NCBI RefSeq assembly: GCF_006345805.1
Contig: NC_043016.1
Span: forward strand, 27,156,001 to 27,220,000
From: Octopus sinensis
Lineage: Eukaryota
Direction: 5' to 3'
Length of the DNA stretch: 64,000 nucleotides
Made by a program: the position numbers and the translations under genes. The notes under the pieces were generated by a model. The model made no database searches. It was not told where the DNA came from and worked only from the letters and a program-made list of their open reading frames with translations. Shown piece by piece: positions 37,351 through 50,089 of the stretch (positions are counted from its first letter, which is position 1; each line of letters begins with the position of its first letter).

Positions 37351-39254
37351 GCTGGATCAGGTAATGAAGGTTACGGAGAGGGTTATAGCTCAATTAATTA
37401 GAGAGAGAGTTAGCTTAGATGATATGCAGTTTGGGTTTGTGCCAGGGAAAAGTACTACCGATGCTATATCCTGGTAAGACAGCTGCAGGAGAAATACCTA
37501 GCCAAAAGAAAGCCCTTGTACCTGGCTTTTGTTGACTTGAGAAAGCCTTTGACAGGGTCCCCCGATCCCTTATCTGGTGGTCAATGAGGGGAAACTAGGG
37601 ATAGATGAATAGTTAGTGAGAGCTGTGCGCGCCATGTACAGAGACGCTGTAGTAAGGTGAGAGTTGGCAACGAGTACAGTGAAGAATTCCGGGGTAGAGG
37701 TTGGGGTCCACCAAGGTTCAGTCCTCAGTCCCCTCCTATTTATCATAGTCCTCCAGGCAATAACGGAGGAATTCAAGACAGGTGCCCCTGGGAGCTCCTC
37801 TATGCTGATGACCTTGCTCTAATTGCTGAGTCACTATCAGAACTGGAGAAGAAGTTCAGGTGTGGAACAAGGATTAGAATCGAAGGGCCTTAGAATCAAC
37901 CTAGCCAAAACCAAAGTCCTAATAAGTAGGAAGGTGGACCAATCACAAACGACTTCAGGTAGATGGCCCTGCTCGATCTGTAAACAAAGTGTAGGTAGAA
38001 ACTCTATAAGGTGCACCAAGTGTAAGCTATGGACACATAAGAGTGCAGCAATGTCAAAGGAAGGCTAACTAGGAAAATAGTTTTTGTCTGTGGCAGATGC
38101 TCAGGAGCAATAAACACTGGTAATGTGCAGAGACCAACTTCTACCACGTTCCAGGGAGACAAACTAGAAGTAGTTGATAGCTTCCGCTACCTAGGAGACC
38201 AAGTCAGTAGCGGGGGTGGGTGTGCTGAAAGTGTAACTGCTAGAGTAAGAATAGCCTGGGCAAAGTTTAGAGAGCTCTTACCCCTGCTGGTGACAAAAGG
38301 CCTCTCGCTCAGAGTAAAAGGCAGACTGTATGATGCATGTGTACATACAGCCATGCTACATGGTAGTGAAACATGGGCCGTGACTGCTGAAGATATGCGT
38401 AAGCTCGCAAGAAATGAAGCCAGTATGCTCCGATGGATGTGTAATGTCAGTGTGCATGTTCGACAGAGCGTTAGTACCTTGAGAGAAATGTTGGACCTAA
38501 GGAGCATCAGTTGTGGTGTGCAAGAGAGACGATTGCACTGGTATGGCCAGTGGCGAGAATGGATGAAGATAGGTGTGTGAAAAAGTGCCAATCCCGTGGA
38601 AGAGGTAGACCCAGGAAAACTTGGGACGAGGTGGTGAAGCATGACCTTCGAACTTTAGGTCTCACTGAGGACATGACCAGCGTCCGAGACCTTTGGAAAT
38701 ATACTGTGCGTGAAAAGACCAGACAGGACAAGTGAGTCCAGCCCACTTATGCATGCCTTTCCTCCCTTGGACACACAAAGACCTGTTGAGGCAAGCGAAG
38801 TCGATATCGAACCTCATCCGACGACAGGCACCTATGCCAACCTCACTTTGCTTGCGAAGACCTGTTGGGGCAAGTGAAATCGGAATCGAAATTGAACCAA
38901 TCCTATGACTGGCACCCGGCAGATGCCAGGACCCCTGGACTGGAGATACGTAAAAAGCACTATCCGAATCATGGCCGATGCCAGTCCCGCCTCGACTGGC
39001 TTCCGTGCCGGTGGCACGTAAAATGCACCAATCCGACCGTGGCCGATGCCAGCCTCGCCTGGCACTAGTGCAGGTGGCATGTAAAAAGCACCCATTACAC
39101 TCACGGAGTGGTTGGCGTTAGGAAGGGCATCCAGTTGTAGAAACATTGCCAGATAAGACCGGAGCCTGGTGCAGCCTTCTGGCTTCCCAGATCCCCGTCC
39201 GAACCGTCCAACCCATGCTAGCATGGAGAACGGACGTTAAACGATGATGATGAT
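37351..39254 (+). mobile_element. RTE-clade LINE, RT plus 3' UTR (5' part lost in gap)
   Basis: Nearly the same RT sequence as the 39397 copy (QFGFVPGKSTTDA, LLYADDL, FRYLGDQV, GSETWAV), (GAT)n tail. The 3' UTR is of a different subtype. Confidence 0.92.
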
Positions 39255-39396
39255 ATATATATATGTATATATATACATACATATATATACACACACACAC
39301 ACACACATATATACATACATATATATGTATGTATATATATATATTATATATATATATATAATATAATATATATAATATATATATACATATATATAC

Positions 39397-42300
39397 AGCG
39401 TGCCAAAAGTAAAGGCATTTGAAAGATACATTCGAACTTAATCGGTTGTACTTTTTGCATACGAGACTCCGGTATCGTTTTTCATCTAGTACAGCAAATT
39501 ATTTTCATAACAAACTGTGCTGACGAAGTTACAGATATCCTTGTGATATTAATAACTGAAACCGTTCGGTACACAGGTGATTATTCCTTTTCGTATATTT
39601 CTTTTGTCTTATCTATTGCTTTGGGTCGTGCTGAATTTTGTTTTATTTAAGTGAATCGTCCAACCTCGCTACGACTACCTTCTTTCTTGCACTTATCCTT
39701 ATTCTTTCTCTATTCTTCAATTTCCATCTCATTGTATTGTCACTCATTCTTTCAGTATTCCCTCATTACCCTGTCTAGCTCAAACATTTTTTTTTCGTTT
39801 AGACTTGTCTCCAGGTTCATAGCCACTCTGATTTTTCAATTTTTCATTTAGTATTGTCTCCCGATTCATACAAACCCATTTGTTAGCTCACGATTAAAGA
39901 AACTCTTTACTCAGCTACGGTGCACCCGCCCTCCCACCCCCACCACGCATGCCGGAAGTTCCTATTCTCTTCCATTCTGGGTTGCTTCCCATGAAGACTG
40001 CAAATGCTCTCCCATCCATACCCCTCCCTACCCCTAGTCTCGACCTATGTAAGGTAATGTTCATACAGTGCAAAATATGAAAGGCTAGCGTTATGCAGGT
40101 TGTACTGAAGGCTACTTTACTACTTCATTTCTTGCACATGAATTCTGCCAAATGCGAGCTTTCTTTTCAGGTACACGAAGCTACTGTCCACCGTCCCAGG
40201 GTCTCTAGAGCCCATGCCTTCCACACCCTCAGGGTTGGCACCCTCAACGTTGGCACCCTCAACGTTGGCACCCTCAACGTTGGCACTCTGAAAGGTAGGT
40301 CTGGTGAGATAGTCGAGATGCTTGAACGGAGATGTGGGATATATGTTGCATGCAAGAAATAAGGTGGAGAGGAGGATCAGCTAGGTTCCTCACAGGCAAG
40401 GAACGCAGGTACAGATTTTCTGGGCAGGGAACACTGACGGGGGGGTGGCGTGGGTATACTTATCGCTGAGAAATGGGTAGATAAGTAATTGAGGTAATCA
40501 GAGTAAGTGACAGAATACTTAAGATTAGATTAGTGCTTCATCATAGTTTAGCAACCATTATATCAGCCTATGCTCCTCAGTCGGGGCTACCCGATGGACA
40601 GAAGACCGATTCTATGACACTCTACTGCAGACTACCTCATTGACGAACGACAGAGACCTTATCTTTGTGGCTGGTGACTTCAATGGTCACGTTGGACGAC
40701 ATGCTGGGGGCTTCCATGGCGTACATGGAGGCTATGGCTATGGCTCCCGCAACGAGGAGGGAACCAGGCTGCTGGAGTTCTGCGATGCAAATAATCTTAT
40801 GATTTGCAACACTAACTTCAGGAAACCTACCAGCCACCTAGTCACTTACCAATCGGGCCAACATACCAGCCAAATTGACTACATCCTTACAAGGCAAAGG
40901 GAGAGATGGCTGCTTATAAATGCCAAAACCTTCCCAGGTGAAGAATGTACCCCACAACATAGACTGGTAGTTAGTGACTTTAGGATCAGGACTAGGAGGA
41001 CAACCAGAAGACGACAAATATGGAGAAGAAGGATCTGGAAGCTAAAGATCCTGCAAATGGACAGAGATTTAGGGACATATTACTTGAAGCCTCTGACGAA
41101 GTAGAAGGGGATAGAGCATCACAGGGGTAGAAGACAGCTGGACGTTTCTAAGGGACAACCTGCTGAGAGCCACTGACCAGATCTGTGGCTGGTGCAAAGT
41201 CCCCTCTCGACCTAGAATAACGTGGTGGTGGAACAATATTGTAGACAGGGCTATTAGAGAAAAGAGACAGGCTTGGAAGGTCTGGAAAAATGGGGGTAGC
41301 AGGGAATTGTATCAGACTGCCAAAAGAGAAGCTAGGAGACAGGTTTATTTAGCCAGAGGGGAAGCAGATAAGAAAAATTTGCCAATGTTCTGCGCCGTGA
41401 GGACCAAAGACTGGAGGTGTTTCGTGTTGCAAGACAGTGTGTGAGAGAGAATCGTGATGTGGTAGGAGAGAGAGAAGTGTGTTCGCATGGAAGATGGTTC
41501 ACTTGCGCTAAATGAGGATGCAAAGAGAGAGGTTTGGAGATGCCACTATGAAAGGTTGCTGAATGAAGAAAATGTATGGGATAAAGAGAGTCTGCCGAAT
41601 GTTGACCCAACAGAGGGACCAGCTATCCGAGTTGATAGTTCTGTGGTAGCTAAGGCAATTAGAAGCATGAAGACAGGGAAAGCCCCAGGCCCATCAGGAA
41701 TCACTGCAGAGATGCTCAAAATGTCTGGTAGTATGTCGGCTATAGCCTAGTCACCCATATAGTTAATCAGGTGATACACAAAGGGGTCATACCAATGACT
41801 GGTGTAGCAGTATAATAGTCAACTGCTACAAAGGTAAAGGTGATGCCCTAGATACAAATAACTACAGAGGTATCAAGCTGTTGGACCAGGTGATGAAGGT
41901 TACGGAGAGGGTCATAGCCCAACTAATTAGAGAGAGAGTTAGTTTAGATGAGATGCAGTTTGGGTTTGTGCCAGGGAAAAGTACTACTGATGCTATATTC
42001 CTGGTAAGGCAGCTGCAGGAGAAATACCTAGCCAAAGATAAGCCCCTGTACCTGGCTTTTGTTGACATGGAGAAAGCCTTCGACAGGGTCCCCCGATCCC
42101 TTATCTGGTGGGCAATGAGAAAACTAGGGATAGATGAATGGTTAGTGAGAGCTGTGCGGGCCATGTATAGGGACGCCGCTAGTAGGGTGAGGGTTGGAAA
42201 TGAGTACAGTGAAGAATTCCGGGTAGAGGTAGGGGTCCACCAAGGCTCAGTCCTCAGCCCCCTCCTATTTATCATAGTCCTCCAGGCAATAACGGAGGAA

Positions 42301-43879
42301 TTCAAGACAGGATGCCCTTGGAGCTCCTCTATGCTGATGACCTTGCTCTAATTGCTGAGTCGCTATCAGAACTGGAGGAGAAGTTTCAGGTGTGGAAACA
42401 AGGATTAGAATCGAAGGGCCTCAGAGTCAATCTAGCTAAAACCAAAGTCGTAATCAGTAGGAAGGTAGACAAATCACAAACACCTTCAGGTAGATGGCCC
42501 TGCTCGATCTGTAGAAAAGGTGTAGGTAGAAACTCTATAAGATGCACCAAGTGTAAGCTATGGACACATAAGAGATGCAGCAATGTCAAAGGAAGGCTAA
42601 CTAGGAAGATGGTTTGTTGTATGTGGCAGATGCTCAGGAACAATAAACACTGAAAATGCTCTGAGACCAACTTCCGTCACTTTCCAGGGAGAAAAACTAG
42701 AAATAGTTGATAGTTTCCGTTACCTAGGTGACCAAGTCAGCAGCGGGGGGGGGTGCTGAAAGTGTAACTGCTAGAGTAAGAATAGCTTGTGCAAAGTTCA
42801 GAGAGCTCTTACCTCTGCTGGTGACAAAGGCCTCTCGCACAGAGTGAAAGGCAGACTGTATGATGCGTGTGTACGAACAGCCATGCTACATGGCAGTGAA
42901 ACATGGGCCGTGACTGCTGAGGATATGCGTAAGCTCGCTAGAAATGAAGCCAGTATGCTCCGATGGATGTGTAATGCGGTACTCACACTCGGCAGAGTGT
43001 AAGTACCTTGAGAGAAAAGCTGGACCTAAGAAGCATCAGTTGTGGTGTGCAAGAGAGACGTTTGCGCTGGTATGGTCATGTGGCGAGAATGGATGAAGAT
43101 AGTTGTGTGAAAAAGTGCCACACCCTAGCGGTTGAGGGAACCTGTGGAAGAGGCAGACCCAGGAAAACCTGGACGAGGTGGTGAAGCACGACCTTCGAAC
43201 TTTAGGTCTCACTGAGGAAATGACTAGAGACCGAGACCTCTGGAAGTGTGCTATGCGCGAGAAGACCCGCAGGACAAGTGAGTCCACAACCCGTGGCCTT
43301 CTACATGGGATGGAGCCAGCCTACGTATGCATACCTTCCCTTCTTGGGACACAAAACTCTACTTGTGAGACGTGTTGAGGCAAGTGAGGATCAGAATCGA
43401 AATCGATCAATGGAAATTGCGGATGTGCTACCAGTGCCGGTGGCATGTCGAAACTCTGCTTGTGAAGACCCATTGAGGCAAGTGAGGATCAGAATCGAAA
43501 TCGATCAATGGAAATCGATCAATGGAAATTGCAGATGTGTTACCAGTGCCGGTGGCATGTAAGAGAACTTTCCGTTTCGTGACCGTTGCCAGCACCGCCC
43601 CGTTCGTTCGTGTCCGTTGCCAGCCTCGCTGGCACATAAAAAGCACCATCCGTTCGTGGCCGTTTGCCAGCTCTGTCTGGCACCAGTGCGGGTGGCACGT
43701 AAAATGCACCCACTACACTCACGGAGTGGTTGGCGTTAGGAAGGGCATCCAGCCGTAGAAACACTGCCAGATTTGACTGGGCCTGATGAAGCCTTCTGGC
43801 TTCACAGACCCCAGTAGAACCGTCCAACCCATGCTAGCATGGAAAACGGACGCTAAATGATGATGATGATGATGATGAT
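39397..43879 (+). mobile_element. Near-full-length RTE-clade LINE (APE endonuclease + RT), frameshifted; 5' boundary tentative
   Basis: Endonuclease motifs (LRVGTLNVGTLKGRS, AGDFNGHVG, SQIDYIL), RT motifs (QFGFVPGKSTTDAIF, FVDMEKAFDRVPR, GVHQGSVLSPLLF, LLYADDL), GRPRKTW thumb, 3' UTR and (GAT)n tail. Coding part about 40171-43280. Inclusion of 39397-40170 as leader is inferred. Confidence 0.9.
39515..39576 (+). ncRNA. Type-I hammerhead ribozyme (intact core)
   Basis: Stem I CUGUG/CACAG, core CUGACGA (39520-26), stem II AGUUA/UAACU plus distal GAUAUC/GAUAUU, GAAA (39558-61), stem III ACC/GGU with GUUC loop, GUA cleavage triplet (39569-71). Confidence 0.85.
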
Positions 43880-43964
43880 TGAGAACATAATCTTTGTGGA
43901 GAATGGCGATTTGATGTCTATATCTAGATGTTGACTGTCCACTTTTTCGTGTTCAGCCTTAATT

Positions 43965-44016
<52 letters not shown>

Positions 44017-44301
44017 TGTAGTATTCCATTAAGAATGTATTAGCATACAGTATAGAGCTGTTGTGTTGAGACAATCGTAGCAATAAGTGTCCATCCATAT
44101 TCCCTCTTCCTGACTCCAATTTTATTTATTTATTATGTATGTATATATATATATATATGCTTGTTTAATTTCAAATGAAGTTTTGTGACACTCAAGTGTC
44201 ATGTCACAGCAATCTGATTTGCAGCTTTAGTAATATAAACACACATACAAAGCAGAAAAATAAAAGGAAAATAGAAAAAAATTAACAAAAAATTTTCTTA
44301 C

Positions 44302-44460
44302 TTCTAATTGATTTCCAACATCCTCTTTCATAGGCAGAAATGAAAACCGATAAATTCTAGTTTTATTAGGAACCAAATACAAATCTCCATTTTCTCCTTC
44401 ACATTCAGATGCAGCAGTTATTCCATGGCCATCATTTACAACACAGTATTGATTGTATAC
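44302..44460 (-). CDS. TRAPPC11: TRAPPC11 coding exon
   Basis: VYNQYCVVNDGHGITAASECEGENGDLYLVPNKTRIYRFSFLPMKEDVGNQLE aligns to human EYNQFCVIEE...[26 protein letters not shown]. 159 nt, phase 0/0. Confidence 0.92.
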
Positions 44461-44624
44461 CTGTAAATATAATATTTACAATTCAGTTAAGCAGAGGTGA
44501 AGTAGTTTTTATTAACATTGCAAAATATTTAATTCATGATAATTTAACCATTTAGCATTTAAAACAGCCATATCTAGCCCAAATATTCTACTTGTTTGTT
44601 TAATGTTCAAAACTGGCCTGACCT

Positions 44625-44830
44625 GGCCACAATTCTTGGTCTATCATCACTGCCTTGAGGTCCTGGATACATTCTAGATCAGTGTCTGCAATCAATTTGT
44701 TGATTTGAGTTGACATTTTTCATCTTACATCACCACGAAGTGGGTTCCACAAGACTAATTTGAATGGCCCTAAATGTGAAATGGCAGCAACTTATGATAA
44801 ACAAATACTTTTATGAAGACCTGCCCTAAG
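44625..44830 (-). mobile_element. Degenerate RTE LINE 3' coding relic
   Basis: Minus strand QINKLIADTDLECIQDLKAVMIDQELW resembles the RTE ending (L..DTGL...DL...M.DR..W). Confidence 0.45.
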
Positions 44831-46398
44831 TTAGTAAGAAGATGGCTGTGACTATCTGGTCACTGTGTGTACCACCCTAAGCTTAGGGTGATGTACGCAA
44901 TGACCAGATATAATCTTTAGAAAAGTACAATTAAGTGTCCTTTTTGCTAGTTGACACAAACATAAAACGAATAATGATGTAATGGAAATTATGATGCAAA
45001 GCAAAAGTAAACAAATAATGCTATCGTCGTCATTTTGATGTCTGCCTTTTCCATGCTTGAAAAGATCAGAATTTCTATGGCTGGATGCCCTTCCTGTCAC
45101 CAACCCCACTACCTCAGCTGGATATGTTTTCATGAAAGTTTGTGAACAAACATCACTGCTTCTACAATTCACATGTAATATCAAAAGAAGGTGACGTACA
45201 CACGCATATGTACATAAAGCTTTTGTCTACTAAATTTACTCACAAGGTTTTATTTGGTTCTATAGTAGGAGACACCAAAGGTACCATGCTATGGGACTAA
45301 ATCTGAAACTAAATGAATATCTTAACCATACAGCCGTACCAAACCTTGAACTTGCAACGACTGACACAACTCAAATTAGTGTATGTGATTCAATGAAGAA
45401 TTAGAAAATTGACTTTTACATCTTCGTATGTGACAGTTTTTTAGGGTCTGTGTAAATTTAACCAATAATTTTCATAGATATGGGGTGTTGACAAGATTAC
45501 GAACTACTGCTTTAGAAAATGAAATGGTATGCAGCTGGGTTGATATGACTTTCTTTAACTTCATTATTTTATTTTACTTATAATCCCTAATGTAACCTCC
45601 TTCCTATTAAATAAAGTTTACAAAATAGACAAGTTCACAGGTTGTGTAGAAAGACAAGAATCATAACATTTTGAGTAAATCAATATTAATAGGTTTCATT
45701 TTCTTTTTTTCTTAAATATCTAATCTCAAAGATTTTATGTATATAGAATGCAATCTACATAGTAATAGTTATTACTTTTATCCTTTAAAATGATTTTTGT
45801 GCCTTATTTTTCCAAACAAACAATTTCAGTTACACCTTTTGATCTTGTTTTGAAAAGAAATTGATTCAATCCATCATTTACACTTTCTGAAGAAAAAATA
45901 GGTTGATGTGACCCAATTATTGCAATTTTCACATTAATATTCTTTTAAGTAAACAGGACAGAAAGTAAAGCCATAGGAGCAAATGTTATATTTCATTTAA
46001 ATACTTCAATTAAAATAAAATTAACTGTCCATATATTTCAAGTCTCTTATTTACTGATTATTCACAATGACATCATGACAATTACACACATGAAAAAATT
46101 CTTTCATTCAATATCATAAATAAATTTTATATATATCATCATTTAATTAATGTTCATTTTTCCATGTTTGTATAGGTCATCCAAAATTTGTTGAGGCAAA
46201 TAATCTATGGCTAGACACCTTTCTTGTTGCCAATCCTCACCTGTTTCCAAGCGAGGTAATATTTCTTCGTGGTTAGACAATTATTTTACATAAGACTGGA
46301 AACCAAAAAAACACCACTTGTATGACCCGTGATGTCCATTTACAAACACCATAAGACGTCAAGACAAGGCTACTCACACACACATAAATATATATACA

Positions 46399-46596
46399 TA
46401 GGTGTGCTGAAAAGTTCCTGGCTTTAAGAGTATTGCAAAAGGCCTGGCTGGAGGCCCAACCTGAGTTTTTTTTTTACAGGGCTTAGGAAAACCGAAGAAC
46501 TGTTGCAATAAGTGTGTGAATCTGAGAGGGGAATATGTCAACTAAAATCATAATCAACTGATCTGCCTGTATTTTCCTTTATCTAAAGCCAAGAAC
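46399..46596 (+). mobile_element. Mariner-derived MITE, second copy (3' end truncated)
   Basis: Colinear with 20032-20243 (GCTGAAAAGTTCCTGGCTTTAAGAGTAT...GTGTGAATCTGAGAGGGG). Confidence 0.7.
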
Positions 46597-46624
46597 ATGT
46601 GTGTGCGCTCGTGCGTGCATGTAT

Positions 46625-47040
46625 ATATATATATGGCTGTCAGGCAATTGTGTGGCATGGTGCAGAGTCCTGTTGGCAGAGATAGGGTCTTCCAGCAGCC
46701 ACCCTCTCGACCCAGGGCAGTACTACCTCCTCTAGGCACTTGATGTAGGTGTTGAGTCTGAGACTGTGTGGGAAGATGAATGGAGACCATCACTAGTGAT
46801 TACTCCAAACACCATGATGTTGACTGAACGATTGATTTTTATCACTCTCAGTACATGTTTTGGGAACACAGCAAATCCTCAGACTGACACCCAAACACTC
46901 TGAAATGTTCGTATTGGAGCTTCTGGTGTGAATGCCAAGCAGTTACAGCATGTTGTTTCCAAATTTCTGGCAGAGTGAATTGCATCATGGTGGTACTTTT
47001 CTCCCAGACGGTGCCAAACTGACCCTACCATACTGTATAA
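46625..47040 (-). mobile_element. Internally deleted Tc1/mariner transposase relic
   Basis: Minus strand MVFGVITSDG...PFIFPHSLRLNTYIKCLEEVVLPWVERVAAGRPYLCQQDSAPCHT (second D of the catalytic triad, QQDxAPxH), plus N-terminal remnants. Confidence 0.75.
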
Positions 47041-47106
47041 TTGATAAACTCGAAAACAATGCATGAAATAAAAAAATATAAAATAGTGACAATTTACCCA
47101 TTGCAC

Positions 47107-47200
47107 TATGTATGTATGTACGTACGTACATACATACATACATGTACGTACGTACGTACGTACATACGTACATACATACATACGTACGTACGTATATATA
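47107..47200. repeat. (TACG/TACA)n microsatellite
   Basis: Direct reading. Confidence 0.9.
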
Positions 47201-47857
47201 TATAATATATATTAGATAACTGGTTTCTTTCAGATTTCATCTACCGAATCCACTCACATGCTTTGGCTAGCCTGGGGCTATAATAGAAGAAACTTGCCCA
47301 AGATGTTGCACAATGGGACTGAACCCATGGCTGCATGGTTGGAAAGTAAACTTCTTAATCACACAGCTACACCTGGTTTGTGTTGGCAAAAATTCTTATT
47401 TAGTTGGTGAAGTTAAAAATTTTATATAACTTGATATGCTATCCCCACAGCATATCAGTTCCATTGAAGGTTTTGGACCGCAGCCATTTGAAATAAATAT
47501 TTTAATTTGATAATCAAGGATAAGTTCAAAGTCAACATAATGAAGCCTAGCTCTCACCCTTCCTCTCTCTACTAAGGCAGCAGTTCAAAACCTTACCAAG
47601 TCTTTGTCTTACTTGTACATTAGTAAAGAACCTTACATGACTTGTATCATCCACTGTAATTCAATCATTATTCCGTCTTTGTTTAATTAGGAAGAAATCT
47701 AATTAGTAGCATAAAGCTGCTGTCTAACTGTCTGTCTGTCTGTTTCTCTGATCAAAAGAGATGAATGATTATTAGAGATGTGTTTTGAGATGAGTTGGAG
47801 GTAAGTTTGTGGTGAGGATACATCTGAGCAGGTGGAGTTTCAAAGAAATAAATAATA

Positions 47858-49407
<1,550 letters not shown>

Positions 49408-49610
49408 ACATTTTAATTGTCAAGAGATAGCTATCAAGATACTGACAGAGCTTTTATGTGATTAACCAACCTCCTAGAAATAGTAAGCAAATTGCTATGT
49501 TACACCACACTGTCTAAAGAAAAGGACAGAATACTTATGGTTCAAGACTGACCTAGGGTTAAACAGCAACATAAGTAAAAAAAAAACAACAAAAAATAAA
49601 ATTAACTTAC

Positions 49611-49668
49611 TTGATTGCTCAGAAGAACTGATAGTCTTGCGAATCTTACAGGAAATGGACAACTAACT
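49611..49668 (-). CDS. TRAPPC11: TRAPPC11 coding exon
   Basis: (R)VSCPFPVRFARLSVLLSNQ aligns to human ADCPHPIRFSKLCVSFNNQ. Acceptor ctattactcAG, donor GTAAGT. Confidence 0.9.
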
Positions 49669-50089
49669 CTGAGTAATAGAATAAAAGTTATGTCATTTGT
49701 AGAGCAAAGTTGACTAAAATATATAAATTATTAATTCTATATTTAAATAAAAAATATAGTTAAGTGTAACTGACAATCAACAAACATGTATTCATGCTGA
49801 GTTGAATGGCTGTGAATATTATCGCTGTTATAATCATAGTAACACAGTTGGTCAGCTGTGGATATTATGGCCATTATAAATTGCTTACGATGGTTATAAT
49901 ATCGTAATAAATATCGAATAAAAATGAAAAAAAAAAAAACAAACAAACAAACATTAACACTTTGTGAATCTGAGTAACGTCAACATTATTCTGCAATCAT
50001 ATAAGGTCGAAGTATGAAGTATATGATTATAAAAAATTTTTTAATCTTTTTCGGTCAGGAGGAAAGGCAGTGCCAATTACTCTTTACAG

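Noticed and set aside
37804-37812. CTGATGA here and at about 42335
   Set aside because: Simply the codons of the RT YADD motif.
43783-43805. CUGAUGA-A-GCC-uucu-GGC in the LINE 3' UTR as a hammerhead
   Set aside because: Followed by UUCAC rather than GAAA, and sister copies read CTGGTGCAGCC or CTGATGCAGCC.
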